A DNA stretch of 64,000 bases from Octopus vulgaris (lineage: Eukaryota), in the NCBI GenBank assembly GCA_951406725.2, contig OX597825.1:50592001-50656000 (forward strand). Direction: 5' to 3'. Positions 1-12,845 of the stretch are shown here, in pieces (position 1 is the first letter of the stretch; the number at the start of each line of letters is the position of its first letter). The notes under the pieces are model-generated. The model was not told the origin of the DNA. It made no database searches and was given only the letters and a program-made list of their open reading frames with translations. The position numbers and the translations under genes were made by a program.

Positions 1-124
1 ACCACATGGTTCCGGGTTCAGTCCCACTGTGTGGCATCTTGGGAAAGTGTCTTCTGCTATAGCCCTGGGCCGACCAATGCCTTGTGAGAGGATTTGGTAG
101 ACGGAAACTGAAAGAAGCCTGTCG

Positions 125-169
<45 letters not shown>

Positions 170-375
170 TTGTGTGTCTGTGTTTGTCCCCCTAGCATTG
201 CTTGACAACCGATGCTGGTGTGTTTACGTCCCCGTCACTTAGCGGTTCGGCAAAAAGAGACCAATAGAATAAGTACTGGGCTTACAAAGAATAAGTCCCG
301 GGGTCGATTTGCTTGACTAAAGGCGGTTCTCCAGCATGGCCGCAGTCAAATGACTGAAACAAGTAAAAGAGAGTA
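1..375 (+). mobile_element. tRNA-derived SINE, family A (octopus-type), 5' end cut by window edge
   Basis: B-box-like GGTTCCGGGTTCAGTCC, internal (TA)n/(TG)n and tail CAGCATGGCCGCAGTCAAATGACTGAAACAAGTAAAAG. Similar copies at 7298, 35236, 41591 and 63175. Confidence 0.85.
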
Positions 376-674
376 AAAAAAAGAGAGTATATATATATAC
401 ATATATACACATATACATATACATATTCACAAAAAAAGACAAAAGCCGAAGACACGTGGTGTAGACAACAAACAGATATTTATATACATATCTATCTATC
501 TATCTATCTATCTGTCTATCTGTCTATCTATCTATCTTTCTATCTATCTATCTATGTATATATATCTATATCTATCAATCTATCTATCTATCTAAATATA
601 TATATATATAGTACATTTAAATATTTGTTGTGCAAGATTTTTTATGTGAAGTCGTGTGTTGAAACAGATATTGT

Positions 675-1018
675 TGTATTTAGGAATGGTCATTTTGCCA
701 GTTTAGCCAATAAAAACACACGCACTATATATTTGGTGTTACTTTGCTTCAGTGTTATTTATTTTTTACATTAATCTTAATCTTATTTCTGCCAGAGTTC
801 TTTCGTCACACACCTGTGACCGCATCAGTGGTCCTTTGTTTTCTTCTTACTTATTTGTGTCTCTCCTTACTAACCGTCAGCCATTTTGTATTTCTATTGT
901 ATGTCTTCATTTGCGCATGCTTATATCTCTATGTGCATTTATGTTTATTTAGTGTGTGTATGTGGGGGATGCCTGTAATATTTGTATCTTCTGTTTATAT
1001 ATGTTCATGTAATTTGTA
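675..1018. repeat. Pseudo-LTR arm 1 (inverted repeat with 2775-3118)
   Basis: Base-by-base reverse-complement match of ~344 bp. ORFs 744+ and 2828- are near identical. Confidence 0.95.
792..831 (-). ncRNA. Minimal type I hammerhead ribozyme motif in the Penelope pLTR (variant core)
   Basis: CCA-CUGAUGCG-GUCAC(AGGUGU)GUGAC-GAAA-G(AA)C-UC^UGG. A more decayed copy is at 2962-3001 (+). Confidence 0.6.
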
Positions 1019-1351
1019 ATTTTATATGTTCATGTAATTTGTATTTTGTATTTTTTTTTGTTTTTTGTTTTTGTTGTTTTTGTTTATTCTTGTTTTGTTC
1101 ATGTGTTTACATCCACCCATTATTATCATTACATATGCTTGTATGTATGTATGTATGTATAACAACAATACTAGTAATAATAATAATAAATTGAATCGAA
1201 AAAAAAAAATATATATATACATATACATATATACATATATATATATATACATATACATATACATATATATATATATATATATATAGTTATTTATTTCTAT
1301 TAGTTTATTTATTTATCTGTGTATTTATTATGTTTTCAGGATCCTCTATCG

Positions 1352-2774
1352 TCATATGTTGTGGTGTATGTTAGTGCTCCATTCTAGTTTTCTATTCAGG
1401 CTAGGTTTATTTTCTATTATGTGTGTAGCTTCTGTAATTTGTCTAATTGTTGCATCTGATCTATGTGTGGATAATATTTTAATTTCTATGTTATTGATTG
1501 ATCCCCCGTGTTCTTGTTTGGTGTGTTGGTACAGAATCGATGAGCTTTTACCTTCCTTGTGTTGTCTCCAATGCTCATTTACCTGCTCTCCTATGCTTCT
1601 TGCCGTTTCCCCTACGTATGTCGTTGTCTTGTTACTGCATCGTCCCTCTATACATCTTATACTATAGACTACATTTCTGGCTTTACAGTTTGTTTGAGGG
1701 CTAAATCTACATACAGTACAGTACTTATCCGTACAGGGGTTCTACTAAAAGGATAGGTTCTACCAATTATAGATTTGATAGGGTTGCCTGACTTTTCAAC
1801 AACCTTAATTCTTAGCTTAAGTTTGTCTAGGGTCCTTCTAAAGCGATATGCCAGTTCACCTCCAGGGATGGTGTCAACGAACATGACACTCTGGTATTTA
1901 TGGCTATCATACCAAGAGTTGGCCTTCCCTATTTTCTTTTTTGTCCTTTCTATAGTGTTCCATGACTTGTTCCTATAGAGTGGGCAAATACCATTCCTAT
2001 CATTACATAATATATAATCAATTTTTTTAATGGCTCCTTTGTATACTCTGATCCTTTCTTTATGGCTGTAACCTGAGAACTGCATGTGGTGAATGAAATA
2101 TTGTATGTGTCTCTTTAACTCTGTGGGCTCGCACATGCATGACACATTTCTCATTATTCTGACGAGGTCTGCCATCAAAATATTGAATTTGGCATTGTCC
2201 GCAATGGCTGAGTTCCAGTGGATCAAGTATTTTGAGGCCATAGGTTTGGCATAGTATGAATGAAGGATTTGTGTTTTATTATTCACAATTTCTAGCCAGA
2301 GTTCAGTGTCTAGTACTGGTAGTCTATGGTTGGGGTGTTTAGTGGGGTAGTCTATTGTGACCTTAATACTCTGGTGGATGGAGTTAGCTATTTGCTGGAT
2401 GCTCTCCATAGTATTAGTTTCTATTACTATATCAACATTACTCTCTTGTGGGGGTGCCTTTACCACTATGTTGATATCATCAACATAGCGAGAGTACATG
2501 TTTACAAGTATGGAGTTCTGTGTTAGGCGTTCTTTAAGCCTTCTGTCCCACCATACCATGAAAAGATTGGCCACATCACCAGTGATACTAACGCCGATGG
2601 CTGCCCCCTCGTCCTGGGCATATATTTTATTATTAAACTTAAACGTGTGACCTTTTAGGGTAATTCTTATACTAGCTCCTAGTGCATGTGCGATCATTTT
2701 CTTTATCTGATGGACATTTGCGGAGCTCCGTATGGCTCTGGTCCATCCGCGCCATCTTTCTATATGTGTCTTCC
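1352..2774 (-). pseudogene. Penelope-like RT-thumb-GIY-YIG polyprotein, N-terminally truncated, one frameshift near 1737
   Basis: ORF 1669-2811 has RT motifs QDEGAAIG, YSRYVDD, LPVLD and YAKPM. After the frameshift it reads CTDKYCTVC...CKARNVVYSIRC...TYVGETARS...EH...H...H...EATHI...LNRKLEW (GIY-YIG with Cys/His motifs), stop at 1352-1354. Confidence 0.9.
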
Positions 2775-3118
2775 TACAAATTACATGAACATATATAAAC
2801 AGAAGATACAAATATTACAGGCATCCTCTACATACACACACTAAATAAACATAAACGCACATAGAGATATAAGCATGCGCAAATGAAGACATACAATAGA
2901 AATACAAAATGGCTGATGGTTAGTAAGGAGAGACACAAATAAGTAAGAAGAAAACAAAGGACCACTGATGTGGTCCCAGGAGTGTGATGAAAGAACTCTG
3001 GCCAAAATAAGATTAAGATTAATGTAAAAAATAAATAACACTGAAGCAAAGTAACACCAAATATATAGTGCGTGTGTTTTTATTGGCTAAACTGGCAAAA
3101 TGACCATTCCTAAATACA
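2775..3118. repeat. Pseudo-LTR arm 2, inverted, fused at the 5' truncation point of the RT
   Basis: Reverse complement of 675-1018. Confidence 0.95.
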
Positions 3119-3492
3119 TATATATATGCATGCCAGCATAGAAGGCAGACATTAAACAATGATGATGAATAAAATAGTTTGATTCAAATTCGATGATACT
3201 CTGAGTTTCAAGGATGATGCTAATCTTCAGCCATTTTGAATGAGAGAAGTTGAAGGACGTCATTTGTTATTACAATTAGGTGGGCTGTAATTGGTCAAGG
3301 AAGGTCACATGGTGCTGCAGTTTGATGTTGGTATATCAGCAATAATAGTTACTTGGAAAATATCACATGGTGAACAAGAGCTCTTTGATAGGGCTGCTAT
3401 GTCACTACAATGATGCTTCTGGCTAAGAGTGGGTTTACTGAGAAACTAACATTTGTGGACGATCCCCAAACCCCCTCTCCTCACCCAAGAGG

Positions 3493-4165
3493 ATTAGAAA
3501 AAGGAAAATTATCTGGTATAACCCTGCTTTCAATCTAGAAGTTTTTACCAATGTAGTTAGGGGCTTCCTGTTGTTAATTAAAAAACACTTCCCCAGAGGC
3601 CACAAGAATCACAAACACTTCACTTCCCATAATGACAAGATAAGCTGCTCCTGCTTAGACAACATTGCATCTAAAATCACACACACATCAACAAATGTAA
3701 AAATGCACCTGCAGAAAGCCCAACCTCAAACTGCAACTTCCGAAACCACACCACCTGCCCGTCAGGGCTGTAGAATACAGATCATCTCTTACACCATCTA
3801 ACGGCATCACTAGGCACTATATGAATATGACAGCTAATGACTGCAAGGGAAGATACTTCCTGTACACGCACTCATTCAGATTCAGAGACAGAGAGAACTC
3901 TACTGCCTTGTTGCAATTTCTATGGAAACTCCATGACCTCCAAGACAAAACACCCAGCATCAAATGGTCTATTGTTGACAAAGTTCCACCATATTCACCT
4001 GGCACCCCTAACTGCCGGCTCTGCCTCCATAAAAAACTGCATATCTTCCAACAATCTGCAGTATCTATCAACAAGAAATATGAGCTATCTTACTGCTGTC
4101 TCCAGAGGTATGCCCTTCTGGCAAATTTCAAGCCACTAGGCACTGACAACCTGGATATACCACCT
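3493..4165 (+). mobile_element. Degenerate Penelope-like element C-terminal fragment (thumb/GIY-YIG)
   Basis: RKRKIIWYNPAF...LIKKHFP...KISCSC and HSFR...STAL...WKL...IKWSIV...CRLCL..KL...NKK.EL in broken frames. Confidence 0.75.
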
Positions 4166-4504
4166 TAGTACCAGCTGCTAGCCTACACTGCCTGCACCAA
4201 GGTCACTGTCACCAACCAACCCTCATGAGCAGGACCACCAATTACCAATCTCCAGTGCTTGTTATGCACATGTACACTCATATATACATGTGCATGCAAG
4301 TACATGTGCAAACATGCATACATATGCATGCACACATATATACATATGTACATATAAATGAAAATGCATGTGTATGTGCATGTATATATATATATATATA
4401 TACATACATACATATATATTTATGTGTGTGTGTGTGTATGCATGCATATATATGTATATATATATGCATGCATACACACACACACAAATATATATGTATG
4501 TATG

Positions 4505-4536
<32 letters not shown>

Positions 4537-4620
4537 CATGTGTATATGTGTATGTGCACATTTATGCATGCACTAATGTGCCCATGCCCACACATATTCG
4601 TTTGTGCATGTGTGTGTGTA

Positions 4621-4843
4621 CGTGGGGGTGCTGAAAAGTTCCTGGCTTTAAGGGTCTCTTGAAAGGCCTGGTTGGAGGCCCAACCTTCTTAGTTCTTCAG
4701 CAGGGCTTAGAAAAACTGAAGGACCACTGCAATATTCAATATGTGTCTGAATTTGAGAGTAAAATATGTTAAATGAAATCATAATTAACTGATCCTCTTT
4801 TATTTCCTTTTACTCAAAGGCAGGAACTTTTCAGCACCCCTTC
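4621..4843. mobile_element. Mariner-type MITE
   Basis: TIRs GGGGTGCTGAAAAGTTCCTG / CAGGAACTTTTCAGCACCCC, TA on the left, ~220 bp, non-coding. Confidence 0.75.
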
Positions 4844-5112
4844 ACACACACACACACATGCATACACACACACACGTGCATACACACACACATGCACATG
4901 CACAAACATATATGAGAGGGTCATTGAAAATACAATACCAGTAATATCATATCAAGAAATGATTCAACTAACCCTACCACTTCCCTATAGTTTTGGGCCA
5001 AAATAAGAAACCATTGTTATTCCTTATTAAGTTAAAATCTTGTCACTGCCAAATTTCTCTTCTATCTTTTCTGGTGTTAATAAATTAAATATTAACCAAC
5101 TACTCTGCCAAG

Positions 5113-5327
5113 TGATAAGCTGGCAGAATTGTTTGTGTGACTATCAAAATACTTAGTGGTGTTTCTTCTGGTTCTTTGCATTCTGAGTTCAAATCTTACT
5201 AAGGTCAGCTTTGCCTTTCATCATTTTGACAGTTCATGAAATAAAGTACCTTTCAAGTATTGGGGAAAATTTAATCAATTTTCCCCCTCACCTCAAAATT
5301 GCTGGCCTTGTGTCAAAATTAGAAACG
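5113..5327 (+). mobile_element. tRNA-derived SINE, family B (degenerate)
   Basis: GCTGGCAGAA head, GAGTTCAAAT B-box, TTTGCCTTTCATC core and GGCCTTGTGTCAAAATT tail shared with many copies. Confidence 0.7.
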
Positions 5328-5497
5328 ATATTTGTGACCTTGTACCTTTCCTGAATCCTTTTGATGATCCATATATATGCTAATGAGGTCCATCAGTAGC
5401 TGAGGTGAACTATCATTTTAGACTGAGGAGGGAGAGTCAGTTTAAGTTCTGTCACTTGGCATCAAACCATTTCTTATTTCTCTTTATGTAAGTTATG

Positions 5498-5539
<42 letters not shown>

Positions 5540-6113
5540 AGATCATGATTTTACTGCATGTTTGGCAATCTGTGTACCTCTGCATATCATTCTGTGACAA
5601 TGAGTGTATGCATGACAGTTCATATAATAATGTATGTTTGTGTTATAATGTGTTGGTTTGTGTTTGTTTAGATTCTTGCATATTTCTGAGTGTGATTATG
5701 TATCTGCTTGTGTGACAATATGTGTGTATGTGTATGAAACAGTTTGTTTCTCTATCATTGATATTGTTTGTTTCTCTGTGCATGGTGTATATAACAATGT
5801 GCATATTTGTGTTTGAGTGTGAGCATAGAACAATGTGCATACGTTTCCGTGTGTGACACTTCACATATATTTGTCCATGGGCTTGTCAATTGGCATATGT
5901 GTTTATATGTGTTAGTTTATAGTCAACATCAGTCTCAAAGTGGACTGCTTTCTCCCACAGTCCCTTATACATTGCGTATGTCACAGGCTAACACAACTGC
6001 AGCCATCAATCATTACAGACAACCCTATTTTTACATTCCAAACAGTCCTTATTAACATACGACTATATTTCTAGGTTTATTTTATATTTCATCATTTTCT
6101 TCCTACTTTCCCA

Positions 6114-6159
<46 letters not shown>

Positions 6160-6192
6160 TCACATGTATGTACTACATACATATATGTATGT

Positions 6193-6236
<44 letters not shown>

Positions 6237-6258
6237 AGATATATGTATATAGAGGTAG

Positions 6259-6295
<37 letters not shown>

Positions 6296-6451
6296 CTATT
6301 TTATATTCATGCAAGAACATCTATATCTATCTATCTATCTATCTATCTATTTATCTATATATATATTCCTACTTCCTTATCTAAGATAGCTTTTATCAAA
6401 TGGACAGCTTCATCAATCAATGAAACACAGACATTCCTTTATAATGCATGG

Positions 6452-6661
6452 TCAGTAGGTATTTGTCATTGTGGCTGAAATGGTAGAATGTTGACCAAAA
6501 TCATTTGGAATATTTAGATCCAGCCCTCTAAGTTTCTGTTGAAATTCTGCAATTGTTGTCTTTACATCTTTACACTTCATCCCATTAAGGTTAAGGAAGT
6601 CAAATACCAGTAATGTACTGGAGTCAAATGAATCAAACAAATTTCTGTCTTTGGAACAAAA
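6452..6661 (-). CDS. Candidate terminal coding exon of an unknown host gene
   Basis: Non-repetitive open frame FCSKDRNLFDSFDSS...MTNTY* after a TTTAG acceptor; phase-compatible with candidate exon 14807-14883. Confidence 0.3.
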   Translation of the reverse strand, partial: FCSKDRNLFDSFDSSTLLVFDFLNLNGMKCKDVKTTIAEFQQKLRGLDLNIPNDFGQHSTISATMTNTY

Positions 6662-6839
6662 CTAAACAATGTATTACTTTAGGTGTGTATTTTATATATT
6701 TTTTTCTCCTATTATATATTGAAAGCTGATGTATATATCTAAATACTTTATCTTTGCTAGAGTAGCATATATTTTAGGCACCTCTAGAAGATAAAGAAAT
6801 TATAATTATTATTATTCTAACTACTATGCATCCTGCAGC

Positions 6840-7220
6840 TTAGAAACACATTGCTTTTCTCAACACATGAGCTTCTCCAAATATTGTTGCCAATGAAATA
6901 CTTCCTATGAAGTTTGGTATTTGCAGATTTTGAGGCCAGAATATTGCTTTCTTTGGAGATGGTCAACAGTCCCATGTGCACCGACCATATCAGGTACTAC
7001 ATTCAATATTTGAGGTTCTGTGGATGTGTTTCACTTCCGATGCAATGTCTTGGTACTTCCTGACTTTCTATTTTCTGTCTTCACAATATTATGGTCTGCA
7101 GCTATAGCTACATAGATGAAGGTCCATTATTTGAACTCCTTTCATAGGAGAGTGATATATGGTCAGTTATATTGCAACTCCTTATCCATATATATAGGTA
7201 TATCCCACGTGAGTTTCAAC
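6840..7220 (-). mobile_element. 3' fragment of an RLE-type (R4/Dong-like) LINE
   Basis: Degenerate RLE-region peptides (VAIAADHNIVKTE, MVGAHGT), similar in style to the C-terminus of the element at 29301-32990. Confidence 0.5.
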
Positions 7221-7297
7221 TGACCAAAACTACGACAAAAACCACCACCACCACCACCACTACTACTACCTCACCACCACCACCACCACCACCAAGA

Positions 7298-7655
7298 GGC
7301 TTGCTTCCAAACCACATGGTTTTTGGTTTGGTCCCACTGTACGGTACCTTGGGCAAGTATCTTCTATTATAGCTTTGGACCAAGCAAAGTCTTGTGAGTG
7401 AATTTAATAGATAGAAACTAAAAGAAGCCCATCATAAATATGTGTGTGTGTGTTTGTCCTGCATAATCACTTGGCAACTGTTGTTGGTGTGTTTATATCC
7501 CCATAACAAAGTAGTTCAGCAAAAGTGATCAATAGAATAGGTGCCAGGCTTTAGAAATAAGTACCATGGTTGATTTATTTGACTACAAAATTCTTCAGAG
7601 TGGTGTCCCAGCATGGCCACAGTCTAATGACTGAAGCAAGTAAGAGAAGATAAAA
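7298..7655 (+). mobile_element. SINE family A
   Basis: Colinear with 1-375. Confidence 0.8.
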
Positions 7656-8384
7656 GAAGAGATGGGCTGTCAAAAAAATTCTTTGACAACTGCGCCTAAA
7701 AACAGAATATAAATGAGAGTATTTTACATCAAGACATGCACAATTTAAATGGAAAAAAAATAATGACTTTTTTTGATATTAATGACAAGAGAGTGTACTT
7801 TTAGTTACTTGTCTAGCAACAACAACAAATGTGAAGGAAAATTTCAACAAAGAAAACAATATCACCACCATCAAGGAGGTTTCCTGCTTAACATCCACCA
7901 CCACAACAACAACAACAATACAGACTGATTTCTTACAACAACTTCACCACCACCACCAAAAACACTACTTTTTTTATATTTTCCACCATTGATGCTACCA
8001 CTAATGCCAGCCACGTTTGTTGTAGCTGCTAGAATCACCAGTAATAACAACAGCAAGAAGAGCAGCATAGATAACAGTAAGTGAACCGTAATAGCATCTT
8101 AAAGCACCAACAGAGTGGGCATTTGCACTGCTACCAAGAACACAACTACAGCAATAACCACAACACCAGCAGCAATAGACACCACTACTGCCATCATGAT
8201 GATGACAACAATGACCACCACCACCACCACCACTGCCACTGTCACTGCCACCACTGCCACCACCTCCGACACTTTTATCATTGTCACCACTGGTGGCGGT
8301 GATGACAGTGGCAGCAGTCTGGGATCATTGTGCAGGTGCTACTCTTCATTAAATCATACATGATCCATAACATCTCAGACATCA

Positions 8385-8560
8385 TTCGCCTTCTGGGTGG
8401 GCAAGAGCTGCATAATATTGCTGAGGGTAGAAATCCATGGTGCCACCTATGTGAGGAGACAGGCCACTTGAGAACTTTCTTCCCCCAACAGAAGACAGGG
8501 AAGCATAAAATCCACTTACTGCCAACACCAGGTCACCAAAAACCTCAACAACAAAAGCGG
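8385..8560 (+). mobile_element. L1/Tx1 ORF1 relic with zinc knuckle
   Basis: EGRNPWCHLCEETGHLR (Cx2Cx4H, degenerate CCHC) upstream of an L1/Tx1 ORF2. Confidence 0.5.
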
Positions 8561-9469
8561 CACTAATTCCAGAAACCACTACATCAATAACAACAGGAAC
8601 ATCATAATCAGCAAATGCTGGAAGAACACCAACACCAGCAACAACAGCAACACCAGTAACTCGAGTAGCAGATGCACCCCCCCATACTTTCAATGGCAGA
8701 TATAATAATAATAATGGACACACACATCATTCAGGGGTTCTCTCAACAAAGCTCTCCTTCTTCCTCCCTCCTTTTGTCTGCTCTAACCTCAAATACATAT
8801 AAAAACTCACATCCTGATTCCATTAATATGAATAGATCTGCATCATGCAGTGAAAATGAGGGGGACCCCTACTTCCAAAAAAAACCCAAACAACCAAAGA
8901 CTCAAAATTAAGAACAAATCACAATAAAACATCATGCCTCACACCAACACACACACACACACCAAAACCCATAAAAAACACATACAAAACGCCAGACACA
9001 CCTACAGCAACACCAACCCATCCAGTACCACAATCATCAACATATGAACTGCTATCACAACCAATTCTACAAACACTACCACAACTGCAACAACCCATGG
9101 AATGGAATATTATGCCAACATCAACAACCAGCCTCAAAATTACTAAACTTTATGCTAGTGAGGAGGTCCAACAAAAAAAGTGATGATCCTCGTGAGGGAA
9201 GGATATTGAGAGAGGTGTGATCTTCGGCACCAACATTGTTCAAGTGCCAGAAATACTGATGATGGTGTGAAGCCTCTGGACTCATATAAAAACATTAGAG
9301 AGAGCTTCCTTTGCAATGTGGGAACTACTAATATAAAAGCCATGAGTAGGCTTATAAGATTCCCCAGGGTACCCCAGCACGTTATGGATGTTGAACCACC
9401 TGACTTTTAGCAGGGCCCAGTGTGTAAACAGATGCCCTTTGTTTCTTTTCCAAACACTTTCTGGTCACC

Positions 9470-12461
9470 ATGGTGAGTGTAAGAATAGATTCTTTAAATG
9501 TTCGTGGTCTATGGTTGCCCTGGAAGCAAGGTCGCTTGCTCAATGATCTCAGGTCAATAGCTATTAGTGAAACTGGGATTTCTGTCAGTGAAACTGGGCT
9601 GTGAGTAAAACTGGCTATCAGTGAAACTGGGATTTCTGACACATGCATTCTTGGAAGATTTTGAGATCTATACCTCTCTTAGTCAACTTGAATGAAAGGT
9701 GAGATAGCAATGCTGTACTTGAGGTATGGATGATCTTCATGGGCCCAGGTGGTACGTTGGTGGCTCTGAATGTAAGCAATAGTGAAGGTGGTGCTTTTAG
9801 ATTAGTTGCTGGGGTGGGGTAACCAGATTTCTTTCAATTTGGGGATTTTCCTTGGGACATCTTGCACTTTAGTTCTAGTGGGTGATTGGAATGCCATTTT
9901 GAATACATGCTTGGATAAGGTGGGGCTAGTCGATAGAAGGTGGGTGTAAAAACCTCACACACCTGTTCAGTCACTTTCAAGTGGCTGACAGGTACCAGTT
10001 AGATTTCCCAAATGCACCAATGTAGACATGGGTAAAATGAATTGGGTCTTCCAGATCGTATCGAGATAGAGTATTTTGGAGGCTGGCAGATTGAAGTAGC
10101 ATGAATTGTTCACAATTCAAAGTCACCGGTTACACAGTCCACAAATTTGTGATCTGTTTGGTGAACACCGATAGAATCCATAGGCAAGGCTTCATATACT
10201 GGAAGCTGAATACATTTTTCTAGGTGCTTGAAGCATTCATAGATCAGACTAGCAAGTCAAGAACCAATGGTGGATTGTATTGAAAAGGGCTATTAGAACA
10301 AAGGTGGTAGGGTTTAGTAAAGAAATAGTGTTAGAAGAATCTAGGGCAGAGAGACACCTAGTTAGGAAGTGAGAGGGGCACTAAGAAGTGGTATAGTGAC
10401 TGACATACTGGCAGTGAGATTGGCTCTTGATCAATTATCTAATACCAAGCATGAAGGTTGCATTGTCAGAGCTAGGTTGCATGTACTTAAGACACAAGGG
10501 GACAAGAGCTGTTTGATGTGCCTGGGTGGTAGAAGTGCAACGTTGCAACAAAACTACAATTCAGTCTTTGACAGGCCAAGACAGGAGCATGCTGCTTGAA
10601 TCCAAGCAGATGTGCGTGGAATTTCAGTAGTACTTTACCCAACTGTAAGGAGCACGCTATGGGGCAGAGCTGGAGGTTGACTTCACCTACCTTGATGGCA
10701 TGCCATGACTTTCAGTCAGGGATGCAGAATTCTGCAAAATGGTGATAACAACAGCAGACATACAAGACACAATGACGTGCTGCACAAAGGAGAAGTCTCT
10801 AGGACTGGATAGTCTGCCCTTCAAGCTTTATTTACAAATGCCACACTTGCTTGAGTATCTCTTGTCTACTGTTACTGGCTGCAGAACAAGAGTGTTCTCA
10901 GTGCTGTTACCCATGGCAGAGTGATGCTGTTGAGAAATAGCTTGAACAAAGGAGACCAAATAGACAATTTTAGTCCCATAACTCTACTGAACACAGATTA
11001 TAAGATTCTGGCCAAGGTGTTAGCCAAGAAGTCGGTGTTTGTTGTCTATAAGCTTGTTGGTGACATGCAGGCATGTACTTTCTAAAACAGATCTGTCCAA
11101 GACAACCTACACCTAACATGCTACAGTATAGAGAGGGTAGGTAAAGAACCTAGCATAGGTGGGGTCTCATCAATTTGGATAAACCAAAACCGTTTGATAG
11201 GGTCAACTACCTATACATGGAGGCTGTCTTCACAGCTGCCAGTTTCAGTCCTGGTTTCAGAGGCTAGATTGCTGTAATGTACAATGACATCTGTTCAGTG
11301 GTCAAAGTATTGTCCCTTTTTTTCCCTTCAGAATCGTTTAATATTGCATGTTCAGTCTGTCAAGGATGCTCGCTCTCACCTTTTCTGTATGTGCTGGCTC
11401 TCAAGCCATTTTTAAGGTAATTAGATATTTTGAGGGGCATCCAGAGTGTACTAGGATGCAGAAGATTTGTGTCAGCTTACGTGGATGACGTCACTGTAAT
11501 AGTGTTAGGCATCTCAGAAATCAAGGTGGTTGGCAGTACATTAAAGGAGTATGAAGATTAGCATTAAGGGAGCAAAGATTAGCTTGGATAAGTCAGTGGA
11601 CCTGCAGCTCAGCACATGAGTAGGCAGGTCCATGTGTCCAACAGCTTCATAGGGTGCCAGATGTAAGCATTGTTTGGGGTCTAGTTTAGTCTGGACCTCC
11701 AGGTGGACAAGAACTGGGGGGCAGTGATGAGTAGTGTGGCAAGTCACAACCAGAAACGGGCAAGAAGGAAGCTGTCTCTAAAAGGTTGGGAAGAGGTGGT
11801 GAATGCATACATTGCTTCTGTCATCCACTACTGACTGATCCTTGTCTTTTGCCCATCTTTGAGGCTGATCTAGCTTGAGCACTTGCTCTTCCATTTTTCC
11901 TGGAAGGGAAGTGTTAGACAGACTATCTGCTGCCAGGAGCCACTGGGTAGAGGACTGGAAATGCCATGCTTAATGATGTGCAGACATGCACTGAGGCTAG
12001 CAAGCAGGTGTGGTCACCGTTTGTCAGAGAGGATTTTTCCTCAGCTCATCTAATTGATGGAGCCACAGTCCTCAGTTAAGCCTACATCAACTTCTTCAAG
12101 TTCTACTTGAAAAGGAAAGTGAGGGAGGAGAGGGAAGTATTGCCTCTCAGTGTTATTGAAAAGTGGATGAATGTGGTGAGGATGGCCCTTGTGAATGGGC
12201 CTACTTTGAATACGGAGAAGTTGAGAAGGAGAGAGGCACCTGCTGAGGTGCCTTTGGTGGTCAGGGTAAACAGAATATGTGGGGTTCTTTGGTTGTCCCT
12301 GGGAGGAACTCCTCACTTTTGGGGAATTCGATTGTTGAATTTTTGTTGTTTATTGTTCTTGTTTTATTTTATACATGAATTTTTGTGCTAAGCCTCACTT
12401 GTCCCTTGTGTTGTATTGTCCCTTTTTGTTTTGTGTTTGACCCTTGTGGCCAATAAAGAAA
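9470..12461 (+). mobile_element. Decayed L1/Tx1-clade LINE ORF2 (APE + RT) with 3' UTR
   Basis: In order: MVSVRIDSLNVRGL, LVGDWNAI, WKLN, KSLGLDSLP, PITLLNTDYKILAKVLA, FDRV, QGCSLSP, AYVDDV; many stops; ends CCCTTGTGGCCAATAAAGAAA. Confidence 0.85.
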
Positions 12462-12548
12462 AGATTACCCTCCCCCACTACTTCTGCTCGTGATCAGAGA
12501 TGCACATATCATCAACCACTAAGGGACATGGTCAACTGCTTAAGGTCA

Positions 12549-12549
<1 letters not shown>

Positions 12550-12629
<80 letters not shown>

Positions 12630-12630
12630 T
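12550..12630. repeat. (ATT)n microsatellite
   Basis: Seen directly. Confidence 0.95.
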
Positions 12631-12636
12631 AGTCAT

Positions 12637-12845
12637 GGGCTAGCAGTTTCATTAGCAGCCAGGCAAAATGCTTAGTGGTATTTCGTCCATCTTTATGTTC
12701 TGAGTTCAAATTCTACGAAGGTCAACTTTGCCTTTCATCTTTTTTGGGGTTGATAAAATATGTACCAGTTGAACACTGGGGTAAATTTGATCAACTTGGC
12801 TCCCTCCTCAAAGCCTACATGCCTGGTGCCAAAATTTGAAGCCAT
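12637..12845 (+). mobile_element. SINE family B
   Basis: B-box GAGTTCAAATTC, TTTGCCTTTCATC core, (ATT/ATC)n tail. Confidence 0.75.

Larger units (their letters stand above)
612..3118 (-). mobile_element. Penelope-like retroelement (possibly Naiad-type), 5'-truncated, with inverted pseudo-LTR
   Basis: RT and GIY-YIG coding on the minus strand. 675-1018 is the near-perfect reverse complement of 2775-3118 and contains a minimal hammerhead motif. Confidence 0.9.

Noticed and set aside
1300-1356. SECIS element downstream of the Naiad-like ORF
   Set aside because: AUGA...AAA is present but there is no helix II pairing, and no in-frame TGA in the retained ORF.
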